A DNA stretch of 64,000 nucleotides from positions 15,030,999-15,094,998 of the forward strand of contig CM119266.1 in the NCBI GenBank assembly GCA_051294375.1, read 5' to 3'. Positions 41,291-53,049 of this stretch are shown here, piece by piece; positions within the stretch are counted from its first letter, which is position 1; each line of letters begins with the position of its first letter. The notes below the pieces were generated by a model. It was not told the origin of the DNA. It saw only the letters and a list, made by a program, of their open reading frames with translations, and ran no database searches. The stretch is from Paraspadella gotoi (taxonomy: Eukaryota; Animalia; Chaetognatha). The position numbers were made by a program, and so were the translations under genes.

Positions 41291-41346
<56 letters not shown>

Positions 41347-43294
41347 GAAGAGAGAGAGAGGAGAAGAGAGAGAGGGGGGGGGTTGTGAAATACTTCTCGA
41401 ACTCTCCGAAACTATCATGTCGCCGAAAATTTTCGAAGCAGACTTTAAAAAAATGTGGTTCGGGGAAAAAATTAACGCGTCTCCTGGGGAAACGACGACG
41501 ACAACGAATGACGACGGACGAAAACGACGACAACGACGAAAGAGGAAGCTGACGCCTCGAAAATTGGACAGCGACGCGAACGAAATCGCGACCTCTTTAA
41601 TCTCTCGTAACGCCGGGCCCTGTGTACGCCACATGTGCGTTTGACGTTAAACGCGCGGGTTGAGTTCAATGCCGCGTTTAGCGCTAAAAACGAAGCGCGC
41701 CAATCGGGCGGTAACGCACATCGAAATAAAGAATTAATGGCCACCGCTTCGGCGCCGGAGTTTTCCTTTCTTTCCTAATTCCTGGCGGTGGTGGTTTGTG
41801 GTGGTGGTGAGGGTGGTGGATGGTGATGATGGTGAATGGTGGCGGAGTTCGTTTCGGTTTTGAAAGCCGAAAGAGATAGAGAGTGAAATAAAATTTGTAG
41901 TCTCGGATTCGATTAAGTCCGACGAATCTGACCTACTTTCCTCATTTTTCTTTCTTTCTCTTTTTTTTTCTATTTTTCTCGTCGTTTTGTCCTTTTTTTT
42001 TTTTAAATTTGGCGTTTTCGGTTTTGGTTCCGGATTTATTTTTCCATCAAATTTTTTTTTTCCTTTTCAATATTTTTCCTTTTTTTTTTTTGGTTGCGCG
42101 AGTTGCGACGAAGAACAAAAGCAGGACAAAACGAGGCAACGGAGGACAAGCGACATTAACCGGAAACACCGACAGCGATGATAATTGTAACGACAACGAA
42201 ATCTGGCCAACAGTCGCGGCAGTGATCACTCGACGAGAATAAACAAACGTTAGACATCCACAGTGAAAGCGGGAACGACGAATGACGGACGAAACGACGA
42301 CGGACACGATGGCGACGACGTTGACGCCGTTACTAACGAACGCAAAAGACGGTAACGATTCCCGGTTCCTTTTCACGCATACACACCCACAACACAGCTC
42401 CTTCGCGAATCCACACACAAAGGGAAAAAGTCGAATAAAAAAATTACAAACCGATGAATTGATTTCGCGTTAACCCTCCTTTCGTCGTCGTCGTCGACGA
42501 ATGAAAAAAAAATTGAAGAGAGAAAATTGGAAAAATTGCAAAATTGCAGGCTTACTCGAATTTCGTCTCTCTCTCTCTCTCGTTTTCTATCTTTCTCTTT
42601 TTTTATCAAGTTCTAGGACTTAAAATCCTTTTTTCCCTTCGCTTTAACCCCGGCCCATCACTTTTAGGAAGGAAATCTCTCTCACTCTCCTCAATCTCAC
42701 TCACTCACTCTCTCTCTCTCTCTCCTCCTTCTCTCTCTCCTCTCTCTCTCCTCTCTCTCTCTCTCTCCTCCCCCTTCCCTCCCCCTCCGTCTCCCCTCCC
42801 CTCCCCACCCTCCCTCTCCCCTCCTCCTCCATACTCCCCCCCTCCCTCACCCCTCCCCTCTCCCCCCCCTCCTCCCCCCCCATCCCCCCCCCCCGTCACT
42901 CCCCACTCTCCCCCTCCCGCCCCGCCCTCTCCCTCCCCACTCCCGACCCACCCTCATCCCCCCCTTCGCCCCTCCCACCTCCCCCCGCCTCTTCTCTCTC
43001 CTCTCTCTCGGTCCCTTCTGGGCAAAAAGAAGCGGCGGCCAATTACTTTTTTTCGCTTCACACGCGCTTCCAAAAAATGGCTCAGCGGAGGTCGCTTTTT
43101 ACGATGCCCCTCCTCGGCGCTTTCCCCTCCCCCCTCCTCATCCTCTTTAGCTTTCCCTTTCCTTTCTTTTTTTTTTTTCTTTTCTATTCCATTTCTTTTC
43201 CCTTTTTTTATTTTTTTCCTCTAATCATCCTTTTCCCCTTTTTTTGTTTTCTCTTTCTAATATATGAAATGTGGTAGCACACCAATAGAAAAAT

Positions 43295-43412
43295 TATTCA
43301 TTATTTATAAAATAAGCTATCTTGTCCTGACCTTTGGAACAGGCTTTGTGGTGGTTTAAGGCCTCAATCACTCTTACAAGAATATATCACATCGCTGTTC
43401 CGCTGCAAGCTT
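43295..43412 (-). mobile_element. Second, noisier copy of the 12745-12845 dispersed repeat
   Basis: Sequence similarity to the reverse complement of 12745-12845. Confidence 0.55.
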
Positions 43413-43990
43413 TATGTTATTATTATCATTTATGTTCCATTTAATTTTTCTCATATTTTGCTCCTTTTCTTCCCTTCTTTCTCCTCCCACTCTCTGTCTC
43501 TCACACATCCAAAGTCAAGGGTTTAAGTAAAAAGCAAACCAAAGACATTTTTTTTTCCTTCGCCTTCAAAACAGAAACCGAACGGCCCGACAATGCGTAC
43601 AGCACGCAATGCTAAAGATGCGTTACAGCAGCGATGCTAACGATGCAGCCGGTGACCGAGGCTAGTGATGAAACTGTTAACAGTAGATGCATGTAAAAAA
43701 TGGACCGAAAGAAGAATGCAAAGAATTCCGAGTTTAAAACAGAAACCAATTACTGTGTGAAGTGCTGAAAGACGGGAATGAACGATAAATGAATGATCAA
43801 TACCGGCAAATTTTTTCACACAAACAACTTTTCAAAGTCAGAATCAACACGGAACAATACAACCGCCATTGACACTCACCAAAAATCATGCAAAAAAACA
43901 GACGCTTTCCTTTCTCGATAAGAAAAAAATGACGGAATTTAACGAGGAAAAAAAGAAACTGGTTAAAGGAAGATTTCGAAATGGCGTGAC

Positions 43991-44223
43991 CTGACCGGAA
44001 TCGTCGAAGGCAATTCCTCGTTTGTTCCCCTGCACTCTTTGACTGAAAATCTCTCCGTGGATGTCGTCGTCGCTGTGGACGTTTTGGCCTCCTCCAGCTG
44101 CATCTCTGCCCGGAACAGCGACTCGTTGCGCTGAAGCTGAGGCTGCGGACGTGTTGGAATGAGACTTCAGCTTGGCTTTGGTCGAGTATGTTCACAGCGC
44201 GCAGTGATAGTAACGACTCCTCG
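43991..44223 (-). CDS. zfh2: zfh2 eighth exon (YYHCALCxYSTKAKL..QHVRS), frameshifted; 3' end approximate
   Basis: Pyrimidine-rich acceptor CCTCCTCTTCCAG|. The minus strand reads RYYHCAL..YSTKAKL..QHVRSL, matching ZFHX '[23 protein letters not shown]'. Confidence 0.72.
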
Positions 44224-44440
44224 CTGGAAGAGGAGGGAGGCAATAAAATTGTTAAATATTATCATCTACAATGCTTGCCGTTGCCTTGCCTATCTTTTCT
44301 TAGTTCCATTTTTTGAGTCATTATTAGTACTTGTATACTTGGTAATTTTTCTAATAAGTCGTTCACTATATTCTTCCTATTTTTTTTCTCAATCCTCGCA
44401 AATATCTATTCTTTTGTCTTTATAATCTTCCAAAAACAAC

Positions 44441-44697
44441 CTGTTGACGAGCGACTCGCTGGACTGCCGATGCCGGAAAGAGTTTGGCCGTTGCTTCGTG
44501 TCGCGCGTTGGTCCGCATGGAGCTCAGTTTAATGTACGTTGGTGTAGTTAATCGCAGGCGTTTGCACTTGACTTGCAACGGGGTTCGAACAGAGCGGGAG
44601 TATCTTGAGGCGGCCACTCGTTTGGACTTGTTGCCGCTACGCGATGTGTTCACCAGCTCAGAGACGTTGAAGTGGCTGTCCCGTCTTGCAAGTGGAG
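44441..44697 (-). CDS. zfh2: zfh2 seventh exon (LHCKTDKH...NEWRLKY...CNACDY), frameshifted
   Basis: Acceptor TAAACAG|CTCCAC (LH continues FQ in phase 0) and donor ACAG|GTTGTT. It contains AACGAGTGGCCGCCTCAAGATAC (~NEWRLKY) and NARHEATAKLF. Confidence 0.75.
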
Positions 44698-44835
44698 CTG
44701 TTTAAGAGGGAAGTGCCGGTTGCAGTTAGTAGAATGAAGGGTTTGGTCACTTTGTGATTTAACTCACTGAAATGTCTCAAACATTGGTTGACAGAGTGAG
44801 CAAGCGAGCCATATCAATACGGTAAATCATTCTAC

Positions 44836-45060
44836 CTGGAAATTTGGCTCTGAGAGTTTGTCTTGTATTTGCAGAGAATTGCAGTGTAGTTTTCCCTCCG
44901 TTGACGGTGAGATTCTCGTGTTCGTTGTGGCCCATCGATCGAGAGACATGGTGTTGATGCAGGACGTCCACGCTGTTCGCTTGCTCGAACAGGTTGCCAT
45001 ATGCAGCAGTGAACACTTGGCCGGTTTCGTTTTTGTTGTTGCTCGACGAAGTCGCTGCAC
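44836..45060 (-). CDS. zfh2: zfh2 sixth exon (C2H2 fingers ending ..ANFQ), frameshifted
   Basis: Acceptor CACTTAAG| and donor CCAG|GTAGAA. Fragments MFT.., NSVDVLHQH, ENLTVNGG and C.YKT.LRANFQ correspond to ZFHX 'YQCKLCxYNTQLKANFQ'. Confidence 0.75.
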
Positions 45061-45131
45061 CTTAAGTGTAAATGAATATTTTATTTCTTTATATGCTAAT
45101 AAAATGGAATAAATAATTTATCGTCGATTAA

Positions 45132-45685
45132 CTGGAACAAGCAGCTTTCAGAGGCAAACAAGTCCGCCGGCAGTCGGGTAGCGTCGTAAGCCCTCGAGCC
45201 AGGTCGCGCTGAGAATCCATGGGGGCGTCGGCGGCCGCGTGGGGCGAGCTCAGAGCCCGGGGACCCGCGCTGAGTGGCTCAGGCGACGAGGAACGTTCCG
45301 GGGCTGCCCGTGGCTGTTGTTGTTGCTGAAGCTGCTGCAATGTGGTGTTGCTGCAAGCTGAATCTGTTTGCTGGTTGGAGCTGCTGCATCGAAGAAGCGC
45401 TTGGGCCTGGTTGTAGGCGGCCATTCGGCAAAGGCCGGGTTACTGGATCTCATGGGAACGCCCAAAGGCCGCCGCGGCCAAGCATCGGGTTCAAACAATG
45501 GGCTCGCGGGCATGAAGGGTTCAATTTGAAAGACCCTCCTGCAAGTTGCTTGAGTTCTGCTGAAGCACCATACATGTTGTGGGTGTGCTTCTTCCGATGT
45601 CATTGGATGCGAAGGGTTTCGAGCCACGTTCCCGTTTCGTAGTTGCAAAAAGACGTCAAGCGCCAGGTCGGTTTGGGTTTTTGTT
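45132..45685 (-). CDS. zfh2: zfh2 fifth exon ([25 protein letters not shown] finger plus Q-rich region), frameshifted; 3' end approximate
   Basis: Acceptor TTCTAACAG|. The minus strand reads [25 protein letters not shown].HNM across frames, followed by MAAYNQAQALL. Confidence 0.78.
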
Positions 45686-45809
45686 CTGTTAGAAGAAGTC
45701 AGAAGGTATTTAAAATTTATTTTTTATGAAGGATTTTTAAGTTAAAAGTTTATCAAGAGTAAATTAAGAACTAATAGATTGCGTTTAAGCAACAGATTTC
45801 TTCCTTTAC

Positions 45810-45951
45810 CTGTTGTCGCCTGGCGGCTTTTTCCGGCGGCGGCGTTTCCGGTTCCATTGTTCAACGCCGGATTGTTCGTTTCGGCGCCCCGGCGCCCTGT
45901 TGCGGGAGCGGCGTCCACAGGGCTCAAGTCGTGACCTCCGTTTTGCAGTTC
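45810..45951 (-). CDS. zfh2: zfh2 fourth exon (ELQNGG linker)
   Basis: Acceptor CTAACAG|GAACTGCAAAACGGAGG (ELQNGG continues NNVQ in phase 0, as in ZFHX 'NNxQxLQNG'); donor CAG|GTAAAG. Confidence 0.75.
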
Positions 45952-46904
45952 CTGTTAGACGGATTTATACTTTTTTGTCTTTCGGTAATAAATTGTATTT
46001 TTTTCCCTTTTCTTATTTGGTCATTTATCTAGTTTGGATTATAATTAATTTTGCTAAAAGAATAATTGGCGTTTTTCAAATTAATTCTCTTTAAACATGT
46101 AGTAAATAAATTAAGAAAGAATATATGATACTTCTATTCAATCATTCGTTAGTTCTATGCTGATATTTCACTTTATTAATTCCTTTTTTTTCTTATTTTC
46201 TGTTTTTATTTTTATTCATTTTGTTGTAATTGTAGTTTTATTTAAATATAGTTATAAAATTATCATTACATTATCAAATTATTATTTGTGTTATTATTTA
46301 ATAAAAATTTCCAACTTATTTAAAAACGATAAATAAGGAAAATTCAATTTTTTTTTGTAAACTCTACCACGCACGTGAAAATAATGAAGACGATCAAAGT
46401 CGGAATAAAGAAAGAAAAAAAAAGAAATAAAGAAAAAAAAAGATAAAAAGGAAAGAAAGGGGGAAGAGTGGAAACGAAACAAAGTTGGAAGAGGAAAGAG
46501 GAAGAGAAAAAGAAGAAAGAAAAACGAGTTTAAAACCTCAGAAATGTTTTTTACCCCCGCGAAACCCTGACGAAACTATTACGGTCGAGATCGCGGCAGT
46601 AACAGGTCGTCCGTCGTCGTAGTCGTCGTCGTCGGTCGTGCATCGTCGGTCCGGTGAAAACACTTTCGAACGATAGACGCTCGAAAAAAAACAAATTGGC
46701 GGCAAGGAAAAAAAAAGAGATTGACGCTCGGAAGATCTGTGACAAGATGTAGATCGACGGAAGCGAAAGATAGGAGCACGACAACCAGACGGGACGACGA
46801 CGACGACGACGACGACGACGAATCAGATGATGACCTTTTGTCGCAGACGGATGACGACGTCGACGACAAAGCAAAGCGACGAAATATAAGCGACAACATA
46901 CGCA

Positions 46905-47000
46905 AATTATTATTATTATTATTATTGTTATTATAATTTTATTATTATTATAATTATTATTATTATTATTATTTTATATTATTATTAATTATTATTATTA

Positions 47001-47050
<50 letters not shown>

Positions 47051-47057
47051 ATTATTA
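46905..47057. repeat. (TTA)n microsatellite in a zfh2 intron
   Basis: Seen directly. Confidence 0.95.
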
Positions 47058-47190
47058 CATGCTGTACTAAATTCTAGTCCATCAGAGTAGTATTTTTTTT
47101 TCGTTTTTAAACAAACTATTTTCTTGAAAATAAATAGGGAAAATATTTCAAGAATAATTTTTGTATACATAACAAAAATATAAACTCCGC

Positions 47191-48468
47191 CTGCACGTTG
47201 TTTGATGTGCTTGTCGGACTGCATGTGAATGGAGAGATTGCCCTTGGTCGTGGTGGAGGTAATTGCGATGTCACAACAACCGGTAATGGCTTTTGTAGTC
47301 CACAGTGTAGGCCTCGCCCTGGCCAGTTTTTTGGAATGTGCTTGGTCCGAGCGAAGGCAATAGACGCATTGGGAGTCCGTTCTCTCTCCGGATGCTTCTT
47401 CTCCTTCATGTGGATTTCCCAGCGTCTCCTGGTATTTTGTAGTGCAGTTGCACTTGGGACACTAAAGCGATCTTGGCAGCTGTTCAGCGAGTGCATCATG
47501 GGAATGCCAGGCGGGAGGCCGACCCGTGCAGCTTGCGGCGCTGGCGGCAGCGGCCGCCGGGGCCAGCGGCCCGAGGATCAAATATCAAATTTAGGACAAT
47601 CGACGCCCGAGGGTTTCCCTTCGGGGTGAAACGGAGCAGGCCCAGGTGAGGCAGCGAGAACGGCAGCGACGGGGCGCACGCGCGCGAGGGACCAACGACC
47701 CCGCTGAAGGATGGGAGTGGCGGCGGCCCGCGCGCCGCCGCCTCCTCGCACCGGAAATTCGTTGAAAGTTAGAGTCGTAAGGTTGACGCGCGTTTGAAAG
47801 AGACGCCTCCCTCGAGGCGTCGGCCGGCGACGCGACGAGGGCGCCGCCCTCCGACGTCGACCGCCATCCGTCGTCCGCGGCGTGGTTCATTCCCGCATAC
47901 TTGCGAAGCGGCGGCCGCGGAAGCGCGGTGGGCGGGGCAACGAGCGGTCCGGCCGACGCGGCGAGCTGGAAAAAGAGTCGCTCACGGGTTGTTGTTGTTG
48001 TTTCCGTGACGGCGCTGCTGCTGGCTGATGCGCTAGAAGACAAAACAGAGGAGGATAAAGGCTAAGCCGCCCCTTGACGACGGCTTCGCCCGACGAAGCA
48101 ATGCTAGCTAAAGGGGAAGATGAAAGTGACGCTACTACTCAGACTAGATAAAGATCATTGTTGACGAGGCTGCTACTACCGCTACGCTCCGCTAAACGCT
48201 ACTACAGTCCGAAGAGGAGTTATCCTTTAGCACCGGAGGGCGCGACCGCCCGAGATGCCGAGCGCCTTGACCGTCGACGGCCCGTCGGGGCGGCGAGGGG
48301 GGAGCTAGACTACTGGGGCGGGAGGCCGGATTCTCTTTGGCGAGGTTGAAAGCGACGGGGCGAGTAGGCGGAATCGGCGGTGGAAGGGCCGAAGCCGTGA
48401 GTCGGGCGTCGGGAAGCGGAGGCCGGGGAAAAAAAAAACAGAGGCGGGCCCTGGCGAGAGTCGCGTCC
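47191..48468 (-). CDS. zfh2: zfh2 third exon, inverted copy with frameshifts; includes the CPKC..MMHS.NSC / EIHMKEKHP / HMQSDKH zinc-finger cluster
   Basis: Mirror of 63042-64000 that extends further. Fragments MMHSLNSC, EIHMKEKKHP, MQSDKHI and NNVQ match the ZFHX sequence [35 protein letters not shown]...TTTKGNLSIHMQSDKHLNN once frameshifts are allowed. Confidence 0.87.
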
Positions 48469-48732
48469 CTGTAGCCATAATAAAATATATCTCTTTTATG
48501 TCTTTTTCGATATTATCTTTGCCTTCGCACACTTATAAAATAATCGTTATGCATTAAGTGAAACGGGAAATATTAATGATCCCGGCAACCTCAATTATGA
48601 TATCTGTTGATATTATTTTAGCTTATTTTTAAAAAGGGCTACTTTGTTTTGGTTTGAATATATTTTTTAGTTTTTTTACCCAATCAAATACAAAGTTTTT
48701 TTTTTAAATTAAGTATATATATATTATAGTAT

Positions 48733-49461
48733 TGTGGCGGTATATTCACACCGCTCACGTCCACATCCTCAGCCAATCCATTGGCTTCAGAGCGGGGAAC
48801 ACACCATCCCAGGCGTAGTGTTCCATCACAGTCCTAACGACTTCCTCTGCGTTGGCAAGCGAGACCGTCCTAGGGTAACCGCGCCAGTGACTGAGGCGTC
48901 ACTGAGGGTCGGAAGCCCCAAAAGCCAACAGTGAGATGCCCCATCCCAATGGGCATCACAGGCAACCCGCTGTTTGCCCATAAGTGGTGAGCCCTACTAT
49001 CGAACACCGCAACCTTCTCAGGGTACGCACGACAAACGCCTATGCCCTGCCGACATTCGGGTTACGCTACGACAAACGCCTTATGCCCCTGGGGTACGCT
49101 ACGACAAACGCCTATGCCCCCACAACTCGCGCTCTCTCTCTCTCTCCCCGTATGGAACATTCTTGTCAGACCCTCTCAGGCTTGAGGAACTGAGTGATGT
49201 CTTGGCCCGGGGATCCTGTGGCGGTATATTCATACCGCCTCACGTCCACCATCCGTCAGCCAAATCATGTCAGAGGGGGAACACACCATCCCAGGCGTAG
49301 TGTTCATCCACATCTAACGACTTCCCTCTGCGTTGGCAAGCGCGACCGGTCCTAGGGTAACCGCGCCAGTGACTGAGGCGTCACTGAGGGTCGGAAGCCC
49401 CCAAAGCCAACAGTGAGATGCCCCATCCCAATGGGCATCACAGGCAACCCGGCTGTTGCCA
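48733..49461 (+). mobile_element. Non-autonomous miniature LTR retrotransposon (TRIM-like): LTR1 48733-48980, internal region 48981-49216, LTR2 49217-49461
   Basis: Two ~245-bp direct repeats starting TGTGGCGG and ending GCCA/CCCA. A TAGTAT target-site duplication lies at 48727-48732 and 49462-49467. A PBS-like TGGTGAGCCC follows LTR1. There is no coding capacity. The mirror arm has the empty site with a single TAGTAT (~62772-62777, read as ATACTA). Confidence 0.9.
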
Positions 49462-49608
49462 TAGTATCAAATAAAATTTGACGAGACCAATAATAATTTC
49501 CGATCAGCATTACTTTGTTCACAATTCTTCACTTTCCACACTGAATCCCCTTTCCACCGACCAAAAAAACAACCATGCTTCAGCGCTTCACCCACCCACC
49601 ACAACTAC

Positions 49609-50565
49609 CCGCATCCGTTGGCATCGACGTCTCCATCTCCGTTGAGCGCGTTAAGCTCGAGGAATGCATAGAGGCTCCATGGTCTTCCCGAGTCCCTGGA
49701 TGATGCGGAGACGTTCTTGTTGGCGAGATTGTCCTTCTCCCTGTCGATGAGCGCATCCGTGTTCGCCGATGGCGTGGCGACGAAGGATCGAGTGTAGCCG
49801 AAAGAGAGTTTGCAGATGAAGCACATGAGATCGGCTTGAGGGCGGGGTAGACGTCGGAGAGCGTCCGACCGCCCGGAATTTTCGGCGGTGCGCCGGTCTC
49901 CTTGGCCACGGGGTTTTTGCGCCGCCGGAGAACATCTCGGTCGAGCGCGGCGGCGTCGGCCTCGGCGTTCTTTTTACGCGGAGAGGCGGGCGAGGCGTCG
50001 TTACGCCGTCGATGTTTTCGACGTCCGTCCGTTTCCGACGGCGGCGGCGCCGGCGGCGGCAGCGTCTCCGGCTGTCGATCCGGAACCGCGAAACGTCGTA
50101 GACGCGGTAACTGTGCATGATAGGCGCCTCGGGGCTGGAGGGGGGGCGGGCGGCGCGGCGGCGGCGCGAAGGCCCTGTCGACGCCGGCGCGCGTCCTCCG
50201 TAGACCCCGCCGTAGAGGGCGTAGCTCCGCGAGACGTGGAAGGCGAGTTCGATCTGCGGGATGGACGGCAGCTGCGGCAACCGCAGCAAGTTGCGCGCTG
50301 CGGCTGTCCACAATGCTGCCCTCCTGCCGCAGGGCCTCGGCATCGTCGTCGGAGGCGCCTCCGATCGCCGGCTTCGATGATGTAGGCGGAGCCGTCGGGG
50401 ATTGTAAATGATCTTCCCGTCGAAGGTCTCCACGTCGCTCGGGGCTTCCGAGGCGTCGTCCGGATGCGAATCGTGGAGGCGGCGGCGCACCGGCGGCGGC
50501 GAGGCGGCCGGCGGCGACGCCGGGGGAGAATCGTTTGTTGAAGATCCTCCAGGTCCAGGACGTGC
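49609..50565 (-). CDS. zfh2: zfh2 second exon, inverted copy with frameshifts
   Basis: Reverse complement of 61664-62627. The ORF track shows fragments SDVETFDGKIIYNP, PIMHSYRVYDV and MCFICKLSFGYTRSFV in different frames. Confidence 0.88.
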
Positions 50566-51075
50566 CTAATTTGAAAGAGAGGGTGTGAATGGAACAATTA
50601 CGATTTTGCATTACATTAATCAATTTAGGTTTTCTCCTCGCAAATGTCAAAACGTCTGGTCACTATAGTTTCTGTTTATCCCGTGAAGTTGATCAAAGCT
50701 CATTAAGTCCATTAAATTCAACATACGCCGTCGTAGTTTTGACATTAGTTCTCATTTTTTTTTAAAAATTGCAAATCTCATTTAAAAGTAACATTTATTC
50801 TCTCTCTTTGAGAACTGCCATTTTTCATACTTAGTTTATTGAAACAACGATAGAGCGGCCTAATTCGATTAGAGGCGCAATTAGCTGCTTTAACCCATTT
50901 TCTCCCTTTTTCCGTCCTGAAAAAAAAACCCGACATTGGAGAAAATGTTCGATTAACTGAAAGTGTTGTTTTAATTAGGAATAATCATTCGCGAGCGCGT
51001 TTCAATTTCCTCTCTCTCTCTTCTCTCTCTCTCTTTCTCTCTCTCTCTCGTCTCTCTTCTCTCTCTCTCTCTTCT

Positions 51076-51114
<39 letters not shown>

Positions 51115-51513
51115 GTTTTCAATGTTTCATTACGTTTTCCTTCGAAATTCCTCTCCTCGTAAATCAATTTCATTAATTCCGAAACACGAGAGTGAGTTAA
51201 TCAGAAGAATCAAAACAAACTTTTTTTTATCTTTCTTCTTTCTTTTTTTGACGAATGACGGAACGATGGAAAGGTAAGTTCGAAACGTGTATTTTCTCGG
51301 GAAACGACCAGCAATTACTTATTCGATCCGTAATATATAAAGTAATCGATGTCAAGTTTTAAATAGCATACGAGATTTATGCAGGAAACGAACGTCCAAA
51401 AAAGTTTTTATGTTAAATTCGGATTTTTTTTTTTTTAATAAAACGGTTTGGACGGTTGAAACTAAATGAGCTGATAAAGAAAACACTGTTGATTCCAGTC
51501 CCGACTGACTTAC

Positions 51514-52631
51514 CTAAAGTCTCTGTTCGTCTGCTGGCGACGGCGTTGGGCGACGGCGCCGGTCGATCGGTTCTTCGGGGCGCCGGTGGGCGTGGTTTCT
51601 TCCGACGGCGTTTGGGGCGGTGGCGTTGGTCGGTGAAGGCGACGACGGCCGGTTTATGACTGCTTTTGCCACCTGCCGACGCCGTGGAATTGAAGCGCCG
51701 GGTGTTGCGGCGGGATGGCGGCGCCGGATGGAGACATGGAACTTCGTCCGACGTTGTTGTTGTTGTTATTAACGCCGGTTGTTCGAGATGACGACGGTTG
51801 ATAATCTTGCTGCTGCGATAGTTTGTACTGTCGTTGTTGTTGTTGATGATGCTGTTGCTGCTGCTGTTGTTGAATGCAGCATGTGAAGGGTACGGACGAC
51901 GACGAAGGTTGAGACTGTTGTAGGGGGCGGTGGAGTGGGAATCGGACAGAGACGACGACGAAGACGACGACGACGGTGAAAGAAACTGTTTATGTCGTTG
52001 GTTCTGAGCGCCGGGGCCGCGAGCCCCCGTCCGCGGCCCACCCCGGCGTTCGCCGGGCGAGGGAAAGTTTCTGTTACAAGGGACGCCGAAGGGCGGCGGA
52101 GGCGGCGGCGGCGGGCGGCGCCGCCCGGTTGAATCACCCGTAGACGAGTTCGAAAGCATCAACAGCATCGCAGTCCGTTAGGTCAACCCGATCGAAAGCT
52201 CCGTTGGTGTTTTGTTGTTGTTGTTGTTGCAATTGTTGCTGTTTTGCGGCGTCCAGGTGCCGTACTGATTGTTGTTTGCCCACTGAAGTCGTTGTTGACT
52301 GCCGGCGTAGAATTCGGTAATTGGTTGTTGTTGTGTTTGTTGTGTTGTGATGATAGGTTGTTAGTCCAAGCCATTGAAAGTGTTGCCGAAAGGCAGAGGG
52401 GAATCGAAGGTTTGGGTTTGAATCCGCACCGACGGACGCCGGTGACGCCGGCGCCATCATCGTGGCGTCGGCGCTCGACGTCGCCAGGCGACCCCGCTCC
52501 GACGACAGGTCCGACGTCGAACGGGGCCGCTTTTGCCGCGACGGCTGCTGCTTGCCGCTGCTGCTGCTGAGACCGCGGCGGAAGGCTGCGGGGGATCTCG
52601 GTCATGCGCTCCTCCGCCAGAGGTCCATCAT
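51514..52631 (-). CDS. zfh2: zfh2 first coding exon, inverted copy with frameshifting indels
   Basis: Reverse complement of 59570-60680, with the same ATGATGGAC start and TTAG|GTAAGT donor. Many 1-2 nt indels break the frame (read error or decay). Confidence 0.7.
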
Positions 52632-52963
52632 CGGTCTCGCGTCGGTCTAGGCGATCATGCCGACGACGGCGAACGGCGAAGACGACGAAGACGGCGGCCG
52701 GAAAATCGGCATCGAGCATCCGGAGGCGGCGATATGAAGGAAAGTGGGATGAACGGGCGATCGAAAAAAAGACGGAGGCGGCGGGCGGCGGCGGCGACGC
52801 GGCGCGCGGAAAGGTGATGATGATGATGTCGTTTGAAGTAGATGGCGTTGATTCGGTTTTTTGTTCAAGCATACCAAATACCCAAGCATGATTTTTTTTC
52901 TGGTTTCGTTGTTACATATTGTCGTAAATTAGATTCGTGGAAAAAAAAGAAAAAGGAATCCGG

Positions 52964-53049
<86 letters not shown>

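Noticed and set aside
42544-43224. Proline-rich extensin-like ORF
   Set aside because: It derives from a degenerate C/CT-rich low-complexity tract at a noisy junction, and I identified no supporting exon structure.
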